A stretch of 64,000 nucleotides of DNA. Origin: Sphaerodactylus townsendi. Its lineage: Eukaryota. The notes under the pieces are model-generated. The model worked only from the letters and a program-made list of their open reading frames with translations, was not told where the DNA came from and ran no database searches. Of the stretch, positions 36,975-49,642 are shown in pieces. Made by a program: the position numbers and the translations under genes. The first letter of the stretch is position 1, and each line of letters opens with the position of its first letter. The stretch spans positions 78,740,001 to 78,804,000 of the forward strand of contig NC_059429.1 in assembly GCF_021028975.2 (NCBI RefSeq), written 5' to 3'.

Positions 36975-37709
36975 TTTTAGCCTGACTTTGTTCCTGCTAG
37001 TTCTCATGGCTGAAATTAACTGGTTTAGGCTATGCAGTTCATAAATCTGTTTCTGCATTCTCTGCAGCAACAGAACCCTGAGGGGAAAAGGTACCTTCCA
37101 GTTATCACTACTATGAAATAAACCACACATAGGAAGCTGATTTCTGAGAGAGGCTGCAGAAAATTAGGGGAGAATTGCATTAGTTTGAGCTGTAATTTAA
37201 ATACAACGCTAGCTGGAGCAAAATAATTCATCCAGGGGACTTTGCATTCGCACAGTGTCTTGTTGAAACTGGATAACTACCCATGCACAACAGAGACATG
37301 CCACACACTTCACAGCTGCTTTGCATAGGTAGCAGCCCTTTTCAAACATGATACCATCTGAGTGCTAAGACCCATTTAGCATCAGGTTTAAATGAAGCTT
37401 GAGAGTCAATAAAGAATGGCTCATGGAATAAAAAATCACCCATCTTGCTCTGCTGTAATGAAAGCTGCCAGGAAAGGAGGACATTGACTCTGGTCCCAGG
37501 ACCATACACTATTCTCTGCTGGCTCTATGCCTATAGCCTCTCTACCACAAAGTAAAGAAGCCATTTGGGTGTCAAAAGAATTGCTCAAATACTGCCTGTA
37601 GAACTAGCCATGGCAGTAGACAAAATAAAAGTACAGCATCTCAAAAGTCTAGGCCAATAACCACCTACGTTCCAATCTGTCAAACAGGGCCTACACTGCT
37701 ATGACTTAC

Positions 37710-37915
37710 AATGTGCTCCCTCGAGTGGGCAGGCTGATGGTGCGAGAAACCTTCTCCTTGTAGTAAGCATCATGGATAGAAAAACCAACTCCATCCTCTT
37801 TGATCTCCATGAGAGATGCCAATGACTTGGTGATGTTCTTGGTGGAGATATCCAGCATGGGCCCCAGGCACTCTGCAGACACAGCCTTCATCTGACCAGA
37901 CAGCTTGGGCTCTCC
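37710..37915 (-). CDS. KIF21B: KIF21B exon ~25 ([18 protein letters not shown]...SLPTRGST)
   Basis: ttttag|GGA ... CATT|gtaagt; 206 nt, phase 0 to 2. Confidence 0.93.
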
Positions 37916-38811
37916 CTAAAACAAAGACCCAGGAGGAATGAGCCACTCTAAAAGGCACATTAACCAGCAGAACAATATTAAAATTATTCCTTTACTTTGC
38001 TAGGGCAGATTGTATCCAGGACTGGAAAAATAGCACACGGTCAGTTTCCTCTTTTTCAGTCTGTAAATCTAGCATCTGGGGTAGTCTTGGTAAAACTAAA
38101 TCATCTTTCCCAGTTCTGAATTTAGTATGGAAAACAAAAGAGGCCTTTGGTCTCATTCCAGTGGATTTCAAGTGGGTCAGTATTAGAGGGTACTGAAATG
38201 AGTGGGAAAGATGCATTTGGGCTTTGTTTTAATTCCATTTGTTAAACTTACCAGAGCAAGATATCAATAGTAATATTAACATCTATATTTACAACAAAAC
38301 TGGTTGGCAAAATTCAGTATGAGGATTTTATCTAGGCTCCAATAAAAACTAGGGAAGGCATCAAAGTCAAAACACAGTCATTGAGGTTCCACACACATCC
38401 TAACTGCATAGCATAAGAATGGGGCTGGACCAGCTGGCTCTGATAGGAACTAAAAACAGTGGAGAAACGTCTGTCCTGAGCCTGAAAGGAAGGGGAAGCA
38501 GACAGATTATGGATGGACAAGACTTTCAAAAGAAGGCCTTTCTTTCCCCCTGGGTTAAACTTACTTGTGGAGGCATTCCTTTCTGCATGCTTAGATTTAA
38601 ATTATAAATGCTTCAGGAAATAGGCTTCTTTAAAACATGACTACAAATCTGATCACATGAGTGCCTTCATCAAAATGCCCAGCCTTGTGAGAATGGTGCC
38701 TTTTCATGCAGGCAATTGTTTATATACACTAAAAACTCATGTAGATCTGCAGCTCTTTGTACCTATATCTTGCCTAGAGCCATGTTTGTCAGACTGAGGC
38801 TTTCAACTTAC

Positions 38812-38869
38812 TCTGCACTTGAAGTCATCCTGACTGGCAGAGCCCTTCATGGAGAAAGACTGTGAAAAA
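38812..38869 (-). CDS. KIF21B: KIF21B exon ~24 (SFSQSFSMKGSASQDDFKCR)
   Basis: ttacag|T ... AGA|gtaagt; 58 nt, phase 2 to 0. Confidence 0.9.
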
Positions 38870-39166
38870 CTGTAAGAAACACAAAAAGAATATGGCGCAT
38901 ACAATTTTTGGGTAAGAAGTACTGTAGGAAGTCCAGCTTCCACCCTATGACCTTCACAGTAAAGCCTTGTCCCCATATTCAGGACGAGACATCTTTACTC
39001 CAGCATCTTTACTCCAGCATTCATCATTTAAAAAGCCCATGGAAGAATCAAACAGTGCTTAAACTAACTCTGTTGGGTACTTTCACTGATCAACAGGTTT
39101 GATTTTCACCTTTTCATAGCCAGTGCAGGACAGGGGAGACTGGGCAGTGCCCATTTGCACACTCAC

Positions 39167-39227
39167 CTTCCTTCTGAGGCCAAGCTGAATTCAGAGATTT
39201 CCTCATCTGTACTGGCATAGCCATTCT
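39167..39227 (-). CDS. KIF21B: KIF21B exon ~23 (ENGYASTDEEISEFSLASEG)
   Basis: atgcag|AG ... GAAG|gtgagt; 61 nt, phase 1 to 2. Confidence 0.92.
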
Positions 39228-39744
39228 CTGCATAAAATAAAACATCTACTCAGATCACATCCACTGGCACATGGGCAAGGCCTGAGACAGCTTGGCAGTT
39301 AGCACAGAGGATGGCCCACTGGTCCATCTAGCTCAGAATTGTCTGTTCTCACTGGCAGCAGCTTTCTAGGGTTTCAGCCAGAGGAAGGTATTTGACAACA
39401 CCTGTGTCAGGATTAAGTTTCACTTTCCCTTGTAAGTTTCATTTCCCTGAATCCCCTGGCTCCCGCCACAATGAAGACCCACCCACCTTATATATACTGG
39501 GACTGAGGGCAAGAACCCTCAGTTCCAAGCACCCTGTAGCTAGGGCGACACAAATCAATCAAGTTCATTTCTTTTGTATAAAGTCGACTTCGTTCGAGTG
39601 TGTTCAGCCTTACATTGAGAGTCTTTAAATGGAGATGCCAGTGTTTGACCCTGTGCTTTACCACTGTCGCAACTTTTTCCTGCATTGATAAGTGGTCATA
39701 TGATTCTACTCAGAGGGTAAAAGAAACTGACTCCCCATTCCCAC

Positions 39745-39910
39745 CTTGCTGGACATTGTGGATGAGTGCCTGAAGCTCGGGATGAGATTCCGCCTTCTCC
39801 CGCAGGGCATCCAGGATATGGTGATTCTGAGAGGAGCCAGTCACATCTGTTTGTCTCAAACGTCCTTCCAAAAGTCGTATCTGAGCTTCCTTTTGGGCCA
39901 CCTGCAGGCT
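39745..39910 (-). CDS. KIF21B: KIF21B exon ~22 ([17 protein letters not shown]...HNVQQ)
   Basis: acacag|AGC ... CAAG|gtggga; 166 nt, phase 0 to 1. Confidence 0.92.
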
Positions 39911-40375
39911 CTGTGTGTAGAGACCAAAGGTCCTAAGTGAAGGTTTTCTAGAACTGGACAAGAAGTGGGGAGTGGAGGGAGGGTTCAGGACTAAACCACC
40001 CCACCACTTCTGTGCTAACCATGCATGTACAGTGCCCTGAAGAGCAGGATATTTTTTGTAAATGGGGTTCTTTGTATATTCTCATTTATGGTCTCAAGAT
40101 ACAGACAGGTTGTTCTTCAACCTTAACTTAGTGTAGTCCTGAGATTTTAATTTATTGTTAGACCACAGCACAGACTTTTGAGAGGGTTCTTTCCCAGATA
40201 GAGTCTTTTTAACCCCTGAAAATATATCCCCATTCCAACGTTAAGTCCAATAAGCTTGTCAACAAACAATGACATCCTATTTTGGGACTTTGAAAAGGTT
40301 GTACTGTGGCTCAGTCATGAAGCTGTGACTAGCAGATCTCTGATCCATACAAAGGATTAGTTTCTGATGATTCAC

Positions 40376-40477
40376 CTTGTCTATGGAGGCCTTGAGGAAA
40401 TTATCCAGCAGCAGTCGTGCCTCAGCCAGAGAACAAGAGCTGATCACCACAGAAGTGTCAGTGGAATCCAGTTCTTC
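40376..40477 (-). CDS. KIF21B: KIF21B exon ~21 ([34 protein letters not shown])
   Basis: tcttag|GAA ... AAG|gtgaat; 102 nt. Confidence 0.94.
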
Positions 40478-40594
40478 CTAAGAAGAAGAACATATACAAG
40501 GAAGAAGGGGAGGTAGAATGAAAAGATCCAGTAGAATGAAAAGGTCTTGCTTCTCAAGATGTTGGTTTGACTACTCCATGCTCAAGAGGTAGCT

Positions 40595-40973
40595 TTTCAC
40601 CAATTTTCTGAAAGACTGGAAATCCTTTGCGGACTACTTATTGAAAATGTATACAAACAGAGAAACAACGACAGGATTCGAGACTTAAATGAAAACAACG
40701 TATTAGATTAAGACAACTTTATAAAAGGACTAAAAGCAAAAAATAATGTAGATAGTAATTATAAGCACGGAGATAGATTTATGCTTGGCTCCTTAGTGAG
40801 AGCTGGAAGTCACCATATATATGTTTAGGTGTTTGTTTATGTGTGAGTTTTTAAAATTTTCTTTTCATTTAGTATTATTATAAGGGGGAGGGGGACTAGA
40901 GTGGGATCTTTTCTTTATCTTTCGATGTATGTACTATTTAGATGTGCAAAATAAATATAAATTCTCATTAAAA
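40595..40973 (+). mobile_element. 5'-truncated L1-like LINE 3' end
   Basis: Short coding remnant FTNFLKDWKSFADYLLK...*; AT-rich UTR with AATAAA and A-tail; TSD aagaggta(g/a)ct at 40584-40594 and 40974-40984. Confidence 0.62.
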
Positions 40974-41195
40974 AAGAGGTAACTATCAGGCTAACTTGAA
41001 GCACAAGCAATACAGACTAGTCAGAAGACTTGTCTTGTAGAGATCTACAGAGTATCAAATTCATGTACACTGTTAAATTCTGACATGGATATTTAGCTAT
41101 CCTGTCTTTAAATTATGTTTGGTTCTACAGGGTCCTCAGAAAGAGAAAAGAGGAGAGCTGTCTAACAGGTAAAGCAAAGTTCCAGGAAATTCTCA

Positions 41196-41668
41196 GGCCC
41201 ACTCTGCATGGGCCATTAAACACAGGTTTAGATGGGAAAAAGTCCATTCTGGGGGGCACTTCACACAGATCCTGTCCCTAAGCAAGTCTGCCCCGTGTTA
41301 TTTTCCCCAAACCGTTTTTTTTTTTAAAGAATGGTGCAATTTTGTGAAAAATCTTGGGTTGCAGCAGCTTGTGAGAGAACGGCTGGGCAGGAAGTGCTTT
41401 ATATGGCTACACTTTCCTTTTTTTATAAAAAAATTTTTGCGGCTTACATCTGCATAGCCATGCAAGTGCAAATGGGGGTTCATTTGTACATGCCTGCGTA
41501 GCTATGCATCAGTGGGAGGTAAATTAAAAAAAAATAGATGCGCCTCCGTGTAAAAGCATGACAGCAACCCGCGATGTTTCCGTGGGCTCCAATTGCTGCC
41601 TGCACGGACACATGCGAACGCAACCCCCCGACTGCAACCCGCTATACATTTGCTGTGCGAAAAGGGCC
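41196..41668. mobile_element. PIF/Harbinger-like non-autonomous element
   Basis: 3-bp TSD TCA; termini GGCCC...GGGCC. Confidence 0.68.
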
Positions 41669-41685
41669 TCAGATTTGCAGACTCT

Positions 41686-41826
41686 GGCCTCTTCTGCACA
41701 TGCAGAACAATGCACTTTCAATGCACTTTCAATCCACTTTGCAGCTGTGTGGAATAGCAAAATCCACTTGCAAACAATTGTGAAAGTGGACTGAAAGTGT
41801 ATTATTCTGAATGTGCGGAAGAGGCC
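41686..41826. mobile_element. PIF/Harbinger-like MITE (141 bp)
   Basis: 3-bp TSD TCT; homologous to 33424-33564. Confidence 0.8.
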
Positions 41827-42073
41827 TCTATTTCAAGTATCAGTTTTACATCTTCCTATATTTAGTTAGAGAAAAGGGAGAGCAACAAGCCACTCAAAGC
41901 TACAGTACGTAGGGATGATTTCTTTCCTAAATCCAGAAAAGATTAATCTTCCTGAATCACTCAATGCAGCCTGTCACATCTAAATGAAGGAGCCAGCTGT
42001 TTCTCTAACCCAGCCTCCAAAACCTTAGTCTGCTGCCTTCCCAAACTGGTCACTGTTCACAGATATGGCCCAC

Positions 42074-42268
42074 CTTGGTCTCCTCAATCTGCATGATCGT
42101 GGCTTGACAGTCAGAAATGCTATCGTTGATGTAGTCAATGTTGGCTGCCAGCACTTCAATCTCCTCATTCAGCTCTTGAAGTCCCTTCTGCTCTTCAGGG
42201 TTTTCTGTCTGCAGTTTCTCCCTCTTCCCTAGAAGCATTTCTTGCATCAGGGACAGTTCCTCACGTTT
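42074..42268 (-). CDS. KIF21B: KIF21B exon ~20 ([10 protein letters not shown]...IMQIEETK), regulatory coiled coil
   Basis: tttcag|AAA ... AAG|gtgggc; 195 nt. Confidence 0.93.
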
Positions 42269-42376
42269 CTGAAATGGAAAGCAAGCAAGAGGAATTTTTA
42301 TCCTCAGCTAATTTTGTGTAAATCCCTGCCTCATCTTCATTAGGCGCTGCAATGGGAGATAACAAGTCTCTTGCAC

Positions 42377-42524
42377 CTTGATGAGCCGTTCCATGTCTGA
42401 TTCCAGGTTGATGACAGTCATCCTCTGCATGACAATATCAAAGACACGCCGCTCCAGTGACTGCCACTTCAGGCGGGCTGTCTTACTGAAGGTCTGGTTT
42501 GTCCCTTTCTTTGCAAACTTCTTT
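42377..42524 (-). CDS. KIF21B: KIF21B exon ~19 (KKFAKK...LKWQSLERR...DMERLIK), start of regulatory coiled coil
   Basis: ctgcag|A ... AAG|gtgcaa; 148 nt, phase 2 to 0. Confidence 0.93.
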
Positions 42525-42829
42525 CTGCAGAAGAAAATCAGGTAGTAATCAAAACTAAATATGATAATCACATATTCAAATACGATAATCTAAATATGAT
42601 AATCTAAACAGCCTGGATTATGTAAACCCATTCACTCCTGGCACATAGAAATGGCACCAGCAGACCCAATGTACACCACCAATTAAAGGAAGGCACATAA
42701 AAGAATGCACAGAAGCCAACCACCTAGGATGTCTGACTTAACTTGAATGAATTTACTTTGTTCTTTCAAAGGTGCTTTTATACACTTTTGCTAGACTCCT
42801 CTAGATTTTGACCAACTGATAAATCTCAC

Positions 42830-43056
42830 CTGATGGTCCGAGTCCCATTGGTGGAAGGAGAATCTCCCAAGAAGGTGTTGATTTTCCGATTCCATTGGCG
42901 CACTATACTGGATACAGAACGAGAACCGGATTCTGGCTCTGAGGAGGTGGTGCTGGTGGAGACCTCAGCACCCGAGTCCAGAATTGCTGATTTCTGGTTC
43001 AACCTCCCAGCAGCCCGCTCGGACAAAGGTTTGGTCAGACGGCGCAGAGCAGAAAC
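42830..43056 (-). CDS. KIF21B: KIF21B exon ~18 ([14 protein letters not shown]...NGTRTI)
   Basis: atctag|GTT ... TCAG|gtgaga; 227 nt, phase 0 to 2. Confidence 0.93.
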
Positions 43057-43644
43057 CTAGATAATGACAAGGAGCAGTCCTGAAGAATGGAATAAGACAC
43101 CAAGCAACTGCATCTTTACTGATGCTGGCAGATGCACTGCAATCCAAGCTCAAAGTCAAGGAGCTTCAAATGCTGATTTCAAGGGTAAACTCCTTAAATG
43201 CATCATAGAATTGCAAAGTGTCAAAAGAAAATACCTAATAAGTCTTCTTTTCCAACAAAGAGTCAGACTGGGAACCATGTATTAAGTATGCATCAATGAA
43301 GGCTTGGTGCAAAGGGATAGAGCCAAGTTTGATGGGAAGAAGCAACAGAACTTCTTGGGATAAACAGAAGCGGAACTGCAGAATCACATTTGCATGCCGG
43401 AACAAACATGACCGATTCCAAACCCTGCTGCTTTGTGCAGAATCTCAGTTAACTCCAGAGGAGCAGTAGAGATATTCCTTGCTTGGTTCATTAAAGTCTG
43501 CAGTCTATTCATGAATGATAGAACTAAGCATATCCAAAGAATCCACTTGGTTTTTTGGGTCACAGATAGAAATCTGAAATGTAGATTATGGTCTTTGCAG
43601 AGGCACAGCACTAGTCTTCCCTGTGGACGGGTAGAGTCACTAAC

Positions 43645-43713
43645 CTCTTGGGTTTTTCTGCGAAGCACGATCTCCTGCTGCCGTTTCTGAGATTCTAGTG
43701 CTCGAATCTGAAA
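43645..43713 (-). CDS. KIF21B: KIF21B exon ~17 (FQIRALESQKRQQEIVLRRKTQE)
   Basis: ctacag|TTT ... GAG|gttagt; 69 nt. Confidence 0.93.
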
Positions 43714-44076
43714 CTGTAGGCACAGTGAAAGGACTTTTATTAATTCAACTCAATGGCAGCCGCATCAGATGCATTCAAATTTAAAGGAGTGCAAAGGCAA
43801 ACAGGAAAGGTTCCTGTCCCCTCCTAAACAAGGGATTTCATTGATCTGGTTCCTAAAGGAACAGGGAACAAAAGATCTCCCACCGAAACTGGAGGCTTGG
43901 CAGCCCTATTAGCAACTTCAGGGTGAGGCTTGGAAATCTCTGAGAATCACAGCAGACCACAAAAATCAGTTCCTCTTCCTTTCCACAATAAGGAAAAGTT
44001 TTTGCTATATCTCACTAGAAAAAGGCTTCCTAAAGTTGGAAATGTACAAACAGCCCCAAATGGAGCTCTTACCAAC

Positions 44077-44184
44077 CTCCTGCCTGCGCTGCTCCTTCTT
44101 CAGCTGGGCAATCTCCCGATTTCTTTTGGTCTCTGCCAGTCTCCGCCTCTGCTGCTCCTCACGCATTTGCTTCATCAATGCCAC
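44077..44184 (-). CDS. KIF21B: KIF21B exon ~16 ([14 protein letters not shown]...EQRRQE)
   Basis: ctgcag|GTG ... GAG|gttggt; 108 nt. Confidence 0.93.
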
Positions 44185-44269
44185 CTGCAGACAGAATCAG
44201 CAGCTGGTGCAGTCAGAGATTATCTGAGCCCAACAGCCTTGCAGAGACTCCATATCTAACTGGGGAGAT

Positions 44270-44560
44270 GAATTTGTTTCTGGGTCCAACTCAAGGTGCA
44301 GGATGTTTACCTATAAAGCCCTATGCAGTTTGAACCCAAAGTACCTGAAGGATGAATTCCAGCCATAAGTTCCTGCCTGGATTCTGAACTTGGTGGTGTT
44401 CTGCTGCAGGAGCTTGAGTTATCAGATGCAGTTAGTAGATATCAATCACAGTAGAGCCTTTTCACCTCCTGCCCTCATGCTATGGAACTCCCCCCGCTTG
44501 GAGGTACAGTGATACCCTTTTCAACATAAACAACTCAGGAGATGTGTGAATTAATTCAAC
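44270..44560 (+). mobile_element. Old L2-like LINE fragment
   Basis: Decayed L2-like ORF2 end (caaggtg...acctataaagccctat...tacctgaaggat); boundaries approximate. Confidence 0.5.
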
Positions 44561-45717
44561 ACAACTTTCTGGACCTTCTTTATGTTGGAATGCTCTGCCA
44601 GGTACCAGTGCCTGCTTTTCCCCATCCCCCCCCCCCCTTCTGATTCTCTGGCAGCATTTTAAATGGTCATTCCATCAAAGCTATCATTACCTTCACTGGG
44701 AAACATAGCATTTGATAAAATAACATTTATATTGCTCCAGATGCCTATTAGTGAGACTTGCCTTTTTGTAAAGTTGCACCCAACATTTTCTCTTCGCAGC
44801 AAGAACAGGAAAGAAAAATGCTGGGCAAAACTGTAGAAAAAGGCAAGTCTCGCTAACAGGCGTCCATAAATGTGATTTGATCAAATGCTATGATTCCCAG
44901 GGAAGATAATAATGGTCTCGACGGAAGCGACACTGAAGTAACATTTTTAAATGCTGCCAGAGAATCTGCATTTCTTCACCCTGCGGGCACACACTGCTCC
45001 AACTCCTGTCGGAGTACGAACAATTGCACTGAGTTCTTTTTGTTAAACAGAGTATATAGCACCATCCCTTTTAGTATAACTTACAGACCTGCTTATTCTG
45101 AGAAGCCTTTGAAAGAAACTGGTTAGCCAGTTTTAATGGCCAGAGAGCTTTTACAACTCTCTTGACATTTTCTGTCATTATTATGGATGCTATCGATATG
45201 TTCATTAATTGATGCACTCTTATTTATTAGTGTTTGCATTATGGCTGATGTTTTATTGATTGTTTTTATTTGTTTTATTGGAAGCCCCCTCTAAGAAGAA
45301 AGGAGGAATATAAATTCTGGACCAAATCAACAAAATAGTTTGGTCCAAGTACACAGTAGCAGGGATGGTGCTGGGATTGAATGAGAAAGACTTCAACTGA
45401 AGTCTTTGCTCAGTTACAAAGCTGACTGACTATCTTAGGGCAAGTTACTGACTTTCAATGTAACCAATCGCCATAGGGCTATTTTCAAAATAAAAAGAGA
45501 TACAGTTATCCCTTTTGAGAACTGGAAAAGGGCAGGTCAGGAAAGAAAGATGTTCCTGCTTGACAATGTTATGTTGTTCAGTAAAGGTTCTCTGTCACTG
45601 ACACCCTCTTTATCTCTCGCTAGGAGTCTAATGGGGGCAATGAGACTTCCAATGCCCAGGCAGACATCCTACTTATTCCATCTGTTCCAGCTTCAACATC
45701 TGTCTCAGAAAAATTAC

Positions 45718-45917
45718 CTTGGCTTTCTTCATCTCTGCCACTTCTGCATGTAGCTTCTTCAACTCTCGTTCATACCGAGATTGGTTCTTAAGGAGGCGGG
45801 CATGTTCCTTTTGGGCTGCCTGCAACTTCTGCAAGTCCCTGTTCATTTCCCTCAGACGCTTCTCGTAATCTGCTTTGATCTTGTTGGCTTTCTCTTCTGT
45901 GTAGCATTCCATAGAAC
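45718..45917 (-). CDS. KIF21B: KIF21B exon ~15 ([12 protein letters not shown]...EMKKAK)
   Basis: cctcag|GT ... AAG|gtaatt; 200 nt, phase 1 to 0. Confidence 0.94.
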
Positions 45918-47101
45918 CTGAGGAAAAGCAGAAAGGAACAGAGAAAAAGTAATGCAGGTCTTTGCACTTAGTGCCAGTGTTCATGAGGGGAGAAGACCCA
46001 TTCCTGGTATTAATTTTCTACAAGCATCTTTAACACATCCATAAATTGAATCATTTATTTATTTAAATATTTATAGCCAGGCTTTCTCTTGTGCCTTAAG
46101 GCATCTTACAATTAAAAGATTAAATCATGGATAATATAATAACATCCCCTGCAAAAGAACACCTAGCAAATAAAATAGCTTTACAGTGCTACTCTAAAAA
46201 AGTCCAAGGACAACATTCCCTCACCTCTTCAGGGAGCCCACCCCATGAGGTGGGAACCACTACTAAAAAGGTCCAGGCTCTAGTAGGTGCCATGTGGGCA
46301 ACCTTGAACAGGGGAAGAACGCTGAAACATCCAAGGCTCACTGCAGCCTCACAAAGCAATAAATGCAAGTCCATTAATGGCAACTTTGCCACCTCATTTT
46401 CACAGGAAGATAGTTATAACCCATTTTTGGTAGCTAAACATATGATTCTAAATTATGGAAATCGCATACTTCAGCAGAGTATATGACTGACTGACTGATA
46501 CCAAATTGTGATCTATATGTTCAGGAGGAAATCTGCACGACCACTGAAGGAAAAATGGGCATCTTCTGGTTGAATGTTCTCCCATGTGAAATACTATGCT
46601 TGTCAAAGTAGTACCTAGTATGTGAGAGGGAACAAATGAGGGCTAGATTTCTTCGTTTTCTGCATGCAGAGAATTCTTGCATAGGAGAAGCATTCAGTAG
46701 TGCAAACCTCCAATTTTAAAAAGGCCCAGGCAGGAGCTATTATGTACTTTTTCTGAACACAAAGCTCATTTCTCAGCCACAACAGAGGTCTCTGTATAGA
46801 GGAAAAAAATATGCAGCGGAAGTGAACTTGATCTCATCCAACTATTGAACATACACAACTGACAGAGCTCTGGAAACTGGTTCACTAGTTTACTCGTACT
46901 TATTTTGACATTAAGACTTCCACCTTCTCATGAGTAAGAGAAAAAAACAGCCTTGAGAAACGGGTTTTATGGACTCAGACCAATCTCTCTGTGTTAAATA
47001 GTGTCCTTGATAGGGAAAGGAAAGGTCCCCTCCCCCACCTCTCAGTTATGGCTCACAGCAACCTGTCAAAGCTCAGTTTTCTCTAAACAGCATGCCCTTA
47101 C

Positions 47102-47293
47102 TGAGGTTCTGCAGGACCCTGTCCCTCTCTAGCTGGGTGTCGCGGATCTTGTTCTGCAGTAGAATCAGCTTCTCCTCATATTGATGTTTAAGGGTCTGTA
47201 GACGCCGTTGGCTATTTTCCAACTCATCTATCAGCTTCTGCTTGATCTCGATCTCGCAGGTCAGGTCAGCCAGGTCAGCTTGGAAATTTGCTG
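47102..47293 (-). CDS. KIF21B: KIF21B exon ~14 ([19 protein letters not shown]...VLQNL)
   Basis: tandem acceptor tag|cag|CA (start 47293 or 47290) ... CTCA|gtaagg; phase 1 to 1. Confidence 0.92.
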
Positions 47294-47670
47294 CTACATA
47301 AAGAGAGACAAACTTCACCATCATGAGGAAAGAGGCATCTACACTCATTGCCACCTCCTGCTAAAACTGAAGGCAGCAGGGTCCTTTATAGTACTGGATG
47401 GGAAAACAGGAGGCCTAGTAGGCAGGCAAGGTCCTTTGACAAAAAGAAACCTGGAAATGCACAACACAGATGAGTAATATGGGAGGGTGTGTGTGTTCCC
47501 CTGTGTTGTCAGGATTCCCAGCCTCAATTAATTAACCCAGCCTCTGCAGACATCCTGGTGTCTGTCCATGGTGTCTTCAGCTAGATCTATACAGAGGCTC
47601 TACTACCTTACATTGTTCTTCAAACAACATTGAAAGAGTCAGTTCCTCAACATATGCTACAGGATCTTAC

Positions 47671-47785
47671 CTTTTTCCTCAACATCTGAGTCAGAATCCA
47701 CCAGGCTTTCTTCACTCCCTGAATCATCTTCCTCTTCCTCCTCCTGGCCACCTTCTTCTTCACAGCCACTCTCATCCCGTTCCTC
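47671..47785 (-). CDS. KIF21B: KIF21B exon ~13, acidic tract (EERDESGCEEE...DSDSDVEEK)
   Basis: atttag|GAG ... AAAG|gtaaga; 115 nt, phase 0 to 1. Confidence 0.92.
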
Positions 47786-48127
47786 CTAAATGAAGGGTTG
47801 CCATGATCAGAAGGACATCACATTTTCAACCCTACCCCATTCAGACTCAGGCCTTTTCCATATGTCAGGTTTATCACAGATTTTCCCAGTGGTCAAGAGT
47901 TGTATCTTGGAAACATTTTCTGAGAAATCATTCTGCACACACATATCCCAGTTGTTCTCCCTCTCTTCAGTTGCACTTATTCCAAATGTTACTGCTGAAA
48001 ATGTATTACTCCTGATGGTGGTGGGATGTCATCCATGACGTAGAAGAACAACCTTTCCTCCTTTTTTTCCCCTTTTGCACAGGAGATCCATGATTAGAAT
48101 CTCATTTTTAAAAAATGAATTAGAAAA

Positions 48128-48416
48128 AGAGTTGGATTTATATCCCGCCTTTCTCTCCTGAAAAGAGACTCAAAGGGGCTTACAATCTCCTTTCCCTTCC
48201 CCCCCCCCACCCACAAACACCCTGTGAGGTAGGTGGGGCTAAGAGAGCTCAGACGAACTGTGACTAGCCCAAGGTCACCCAGCTGCTATGTGTTGGAGTG
48301 CACAGGCTAATCTGAATTCCCCAGATAACCCTTCACAGCTCAAGTGGTAGAGCAGGGGAATCAAACCCTCCAGATTAGAGTGCATCTGCTCTTAATCACT
48401 ACGTCACTGCTGCTCT
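48128..48416 (-). mobile_element. Squam3-like SINE
   Basis: Reverse complement of the 63381-63690 family. Confidence 0.85.
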
Positions 48417-48554
48417 CTCATAGTTGTTTTGTAAGAAAGGATACTGAGAGTGAAGTTGGTTACGCTTTCCTTTTCAGCTTCTCTCTGATTTAAATGTTTT
48501 CCTGAAGCTAAATGAGCTCCACAGAAGAAAGAAAACCCAGGCAAGTACAAGGTC

Positions 48555-49170
48555 AGTCTCTGTCCACCTCTGATATACGCAGATCCTTGAACAGGATCTG
48601 GAATTCAACTGGCATCCAGTGCACCAGGCACAGCATGTGTGTAATATGCTCTTTCACCATTGCTCTGGTGACAAGTCTCACCGCTGCATTCTGGAACAAC
48701 TTTAATTTCCAGATCAGTCTCAAAGGCAACCCCATATAGAGAGAGTTACAGCAAACCAACCTGGAGGTTACCGTTGCATGAATCACTGTGGACAAGTCCG
48801 AGAAGGACAGGTAGGGGGTCCAATTGTCCAGCCTGATGAAGATGGAAAAAGGCCACTCTGGCTGTGTGTGAGACCTGGGCCTCCACACATAAGAAGGAGT
48901 CCAAGGTCTCAACCAGGCTCTTGATGGGGGAGGTGGGTTGTAAAGACACTCTGTCTAATCCAGGCAATTGGAAACCCTCCACTGCCTGCCCCCTCGACCC
49001 AGCCGCAAGACCTCAATCTTCGATGGATTCAGCTTCAGCCTGTTTTTTCTCAACCATCTAGCCACAGCCTTCAGACATTGTGCCAAAACATCAGGGGCAG
49101 CAACCAGCTGACCCTCCATCAACATCCAGCTGGTCCTCCATCAACATCTGGAGCCCCAATAATGCAACCT
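48555..49170 (-). mobile_element. L2-clade LINE ORF2 fragment
   Basis: TVIHATVTSRLVCCNSLYMGLPLRLIWKLKLFQNAAVRLVT...LVHWMPVEFQILFK, typical L2 ORF2 C-terminus, frameshifted. Confidence 0.82.
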
Positions 49171-49503
49171 GCATTGACTGTTACAATGATTAGGTTATTT
49201 ATTGACTGTAGATGTGTTTGGCCCTATGGACCAAAATGTGTATGGGCTTGGTGGTTTTTATTGTGCAACCAATTTAGCTGTTTCATGTGATTTCTCAGGT
49301 GTATGAAGTTTATATTTTGAGGTTTATGTTTTAACTCTTTTGAAGTGTGATTGCATTTAGCAATAAATATCTATTTGTTATATTATTTTTAATTATTGTG
49401 GTTCAACCTTTGAGATTCTTAGCTTGTTTTATGGATAGGGTATAGCTGTCTTAGGGTGCTGTGTGGTTTCCGGGGTGTATGGCCGTGTTCCAGTAGCATT
49501 TTC

Positions 49504-49546
49504 TCCTGACGTTTTGCCTGCATCTGTGGCTGGCATCTTCAGAGGA
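49504..49546 (-). ncRNA. Minimal type I hammerhead ribozyme motif, GAAA changed to AAAA (probably inactive)
   Basis: TCCT-CTGAAGA-T-GCC..GGC-AAAA-C-GTC-AGGA on minus strand. Confidence 0.55.
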
Positions 49547-49599
49547 TTTGATAGTAGGAAAGGAAAGCAAGTGGAGTACATTCCTTTCCTGCTATCAGA

Positions 49600-49642
49600 T
49601 CCTCTGAAGATGCCAGCCACAGATGCAGGCGAAACATCAGGA
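49600..49642 (+). ncRNA. Minimal type I hammerhead ribozyme motif (stem III variant)
   Basis: TCCT-CTGAAGA-T-GCC..GGC-GAAA-C-ATC-AGGA; intact CUGANGA and GAAA boxes. Confidence 0.6.
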
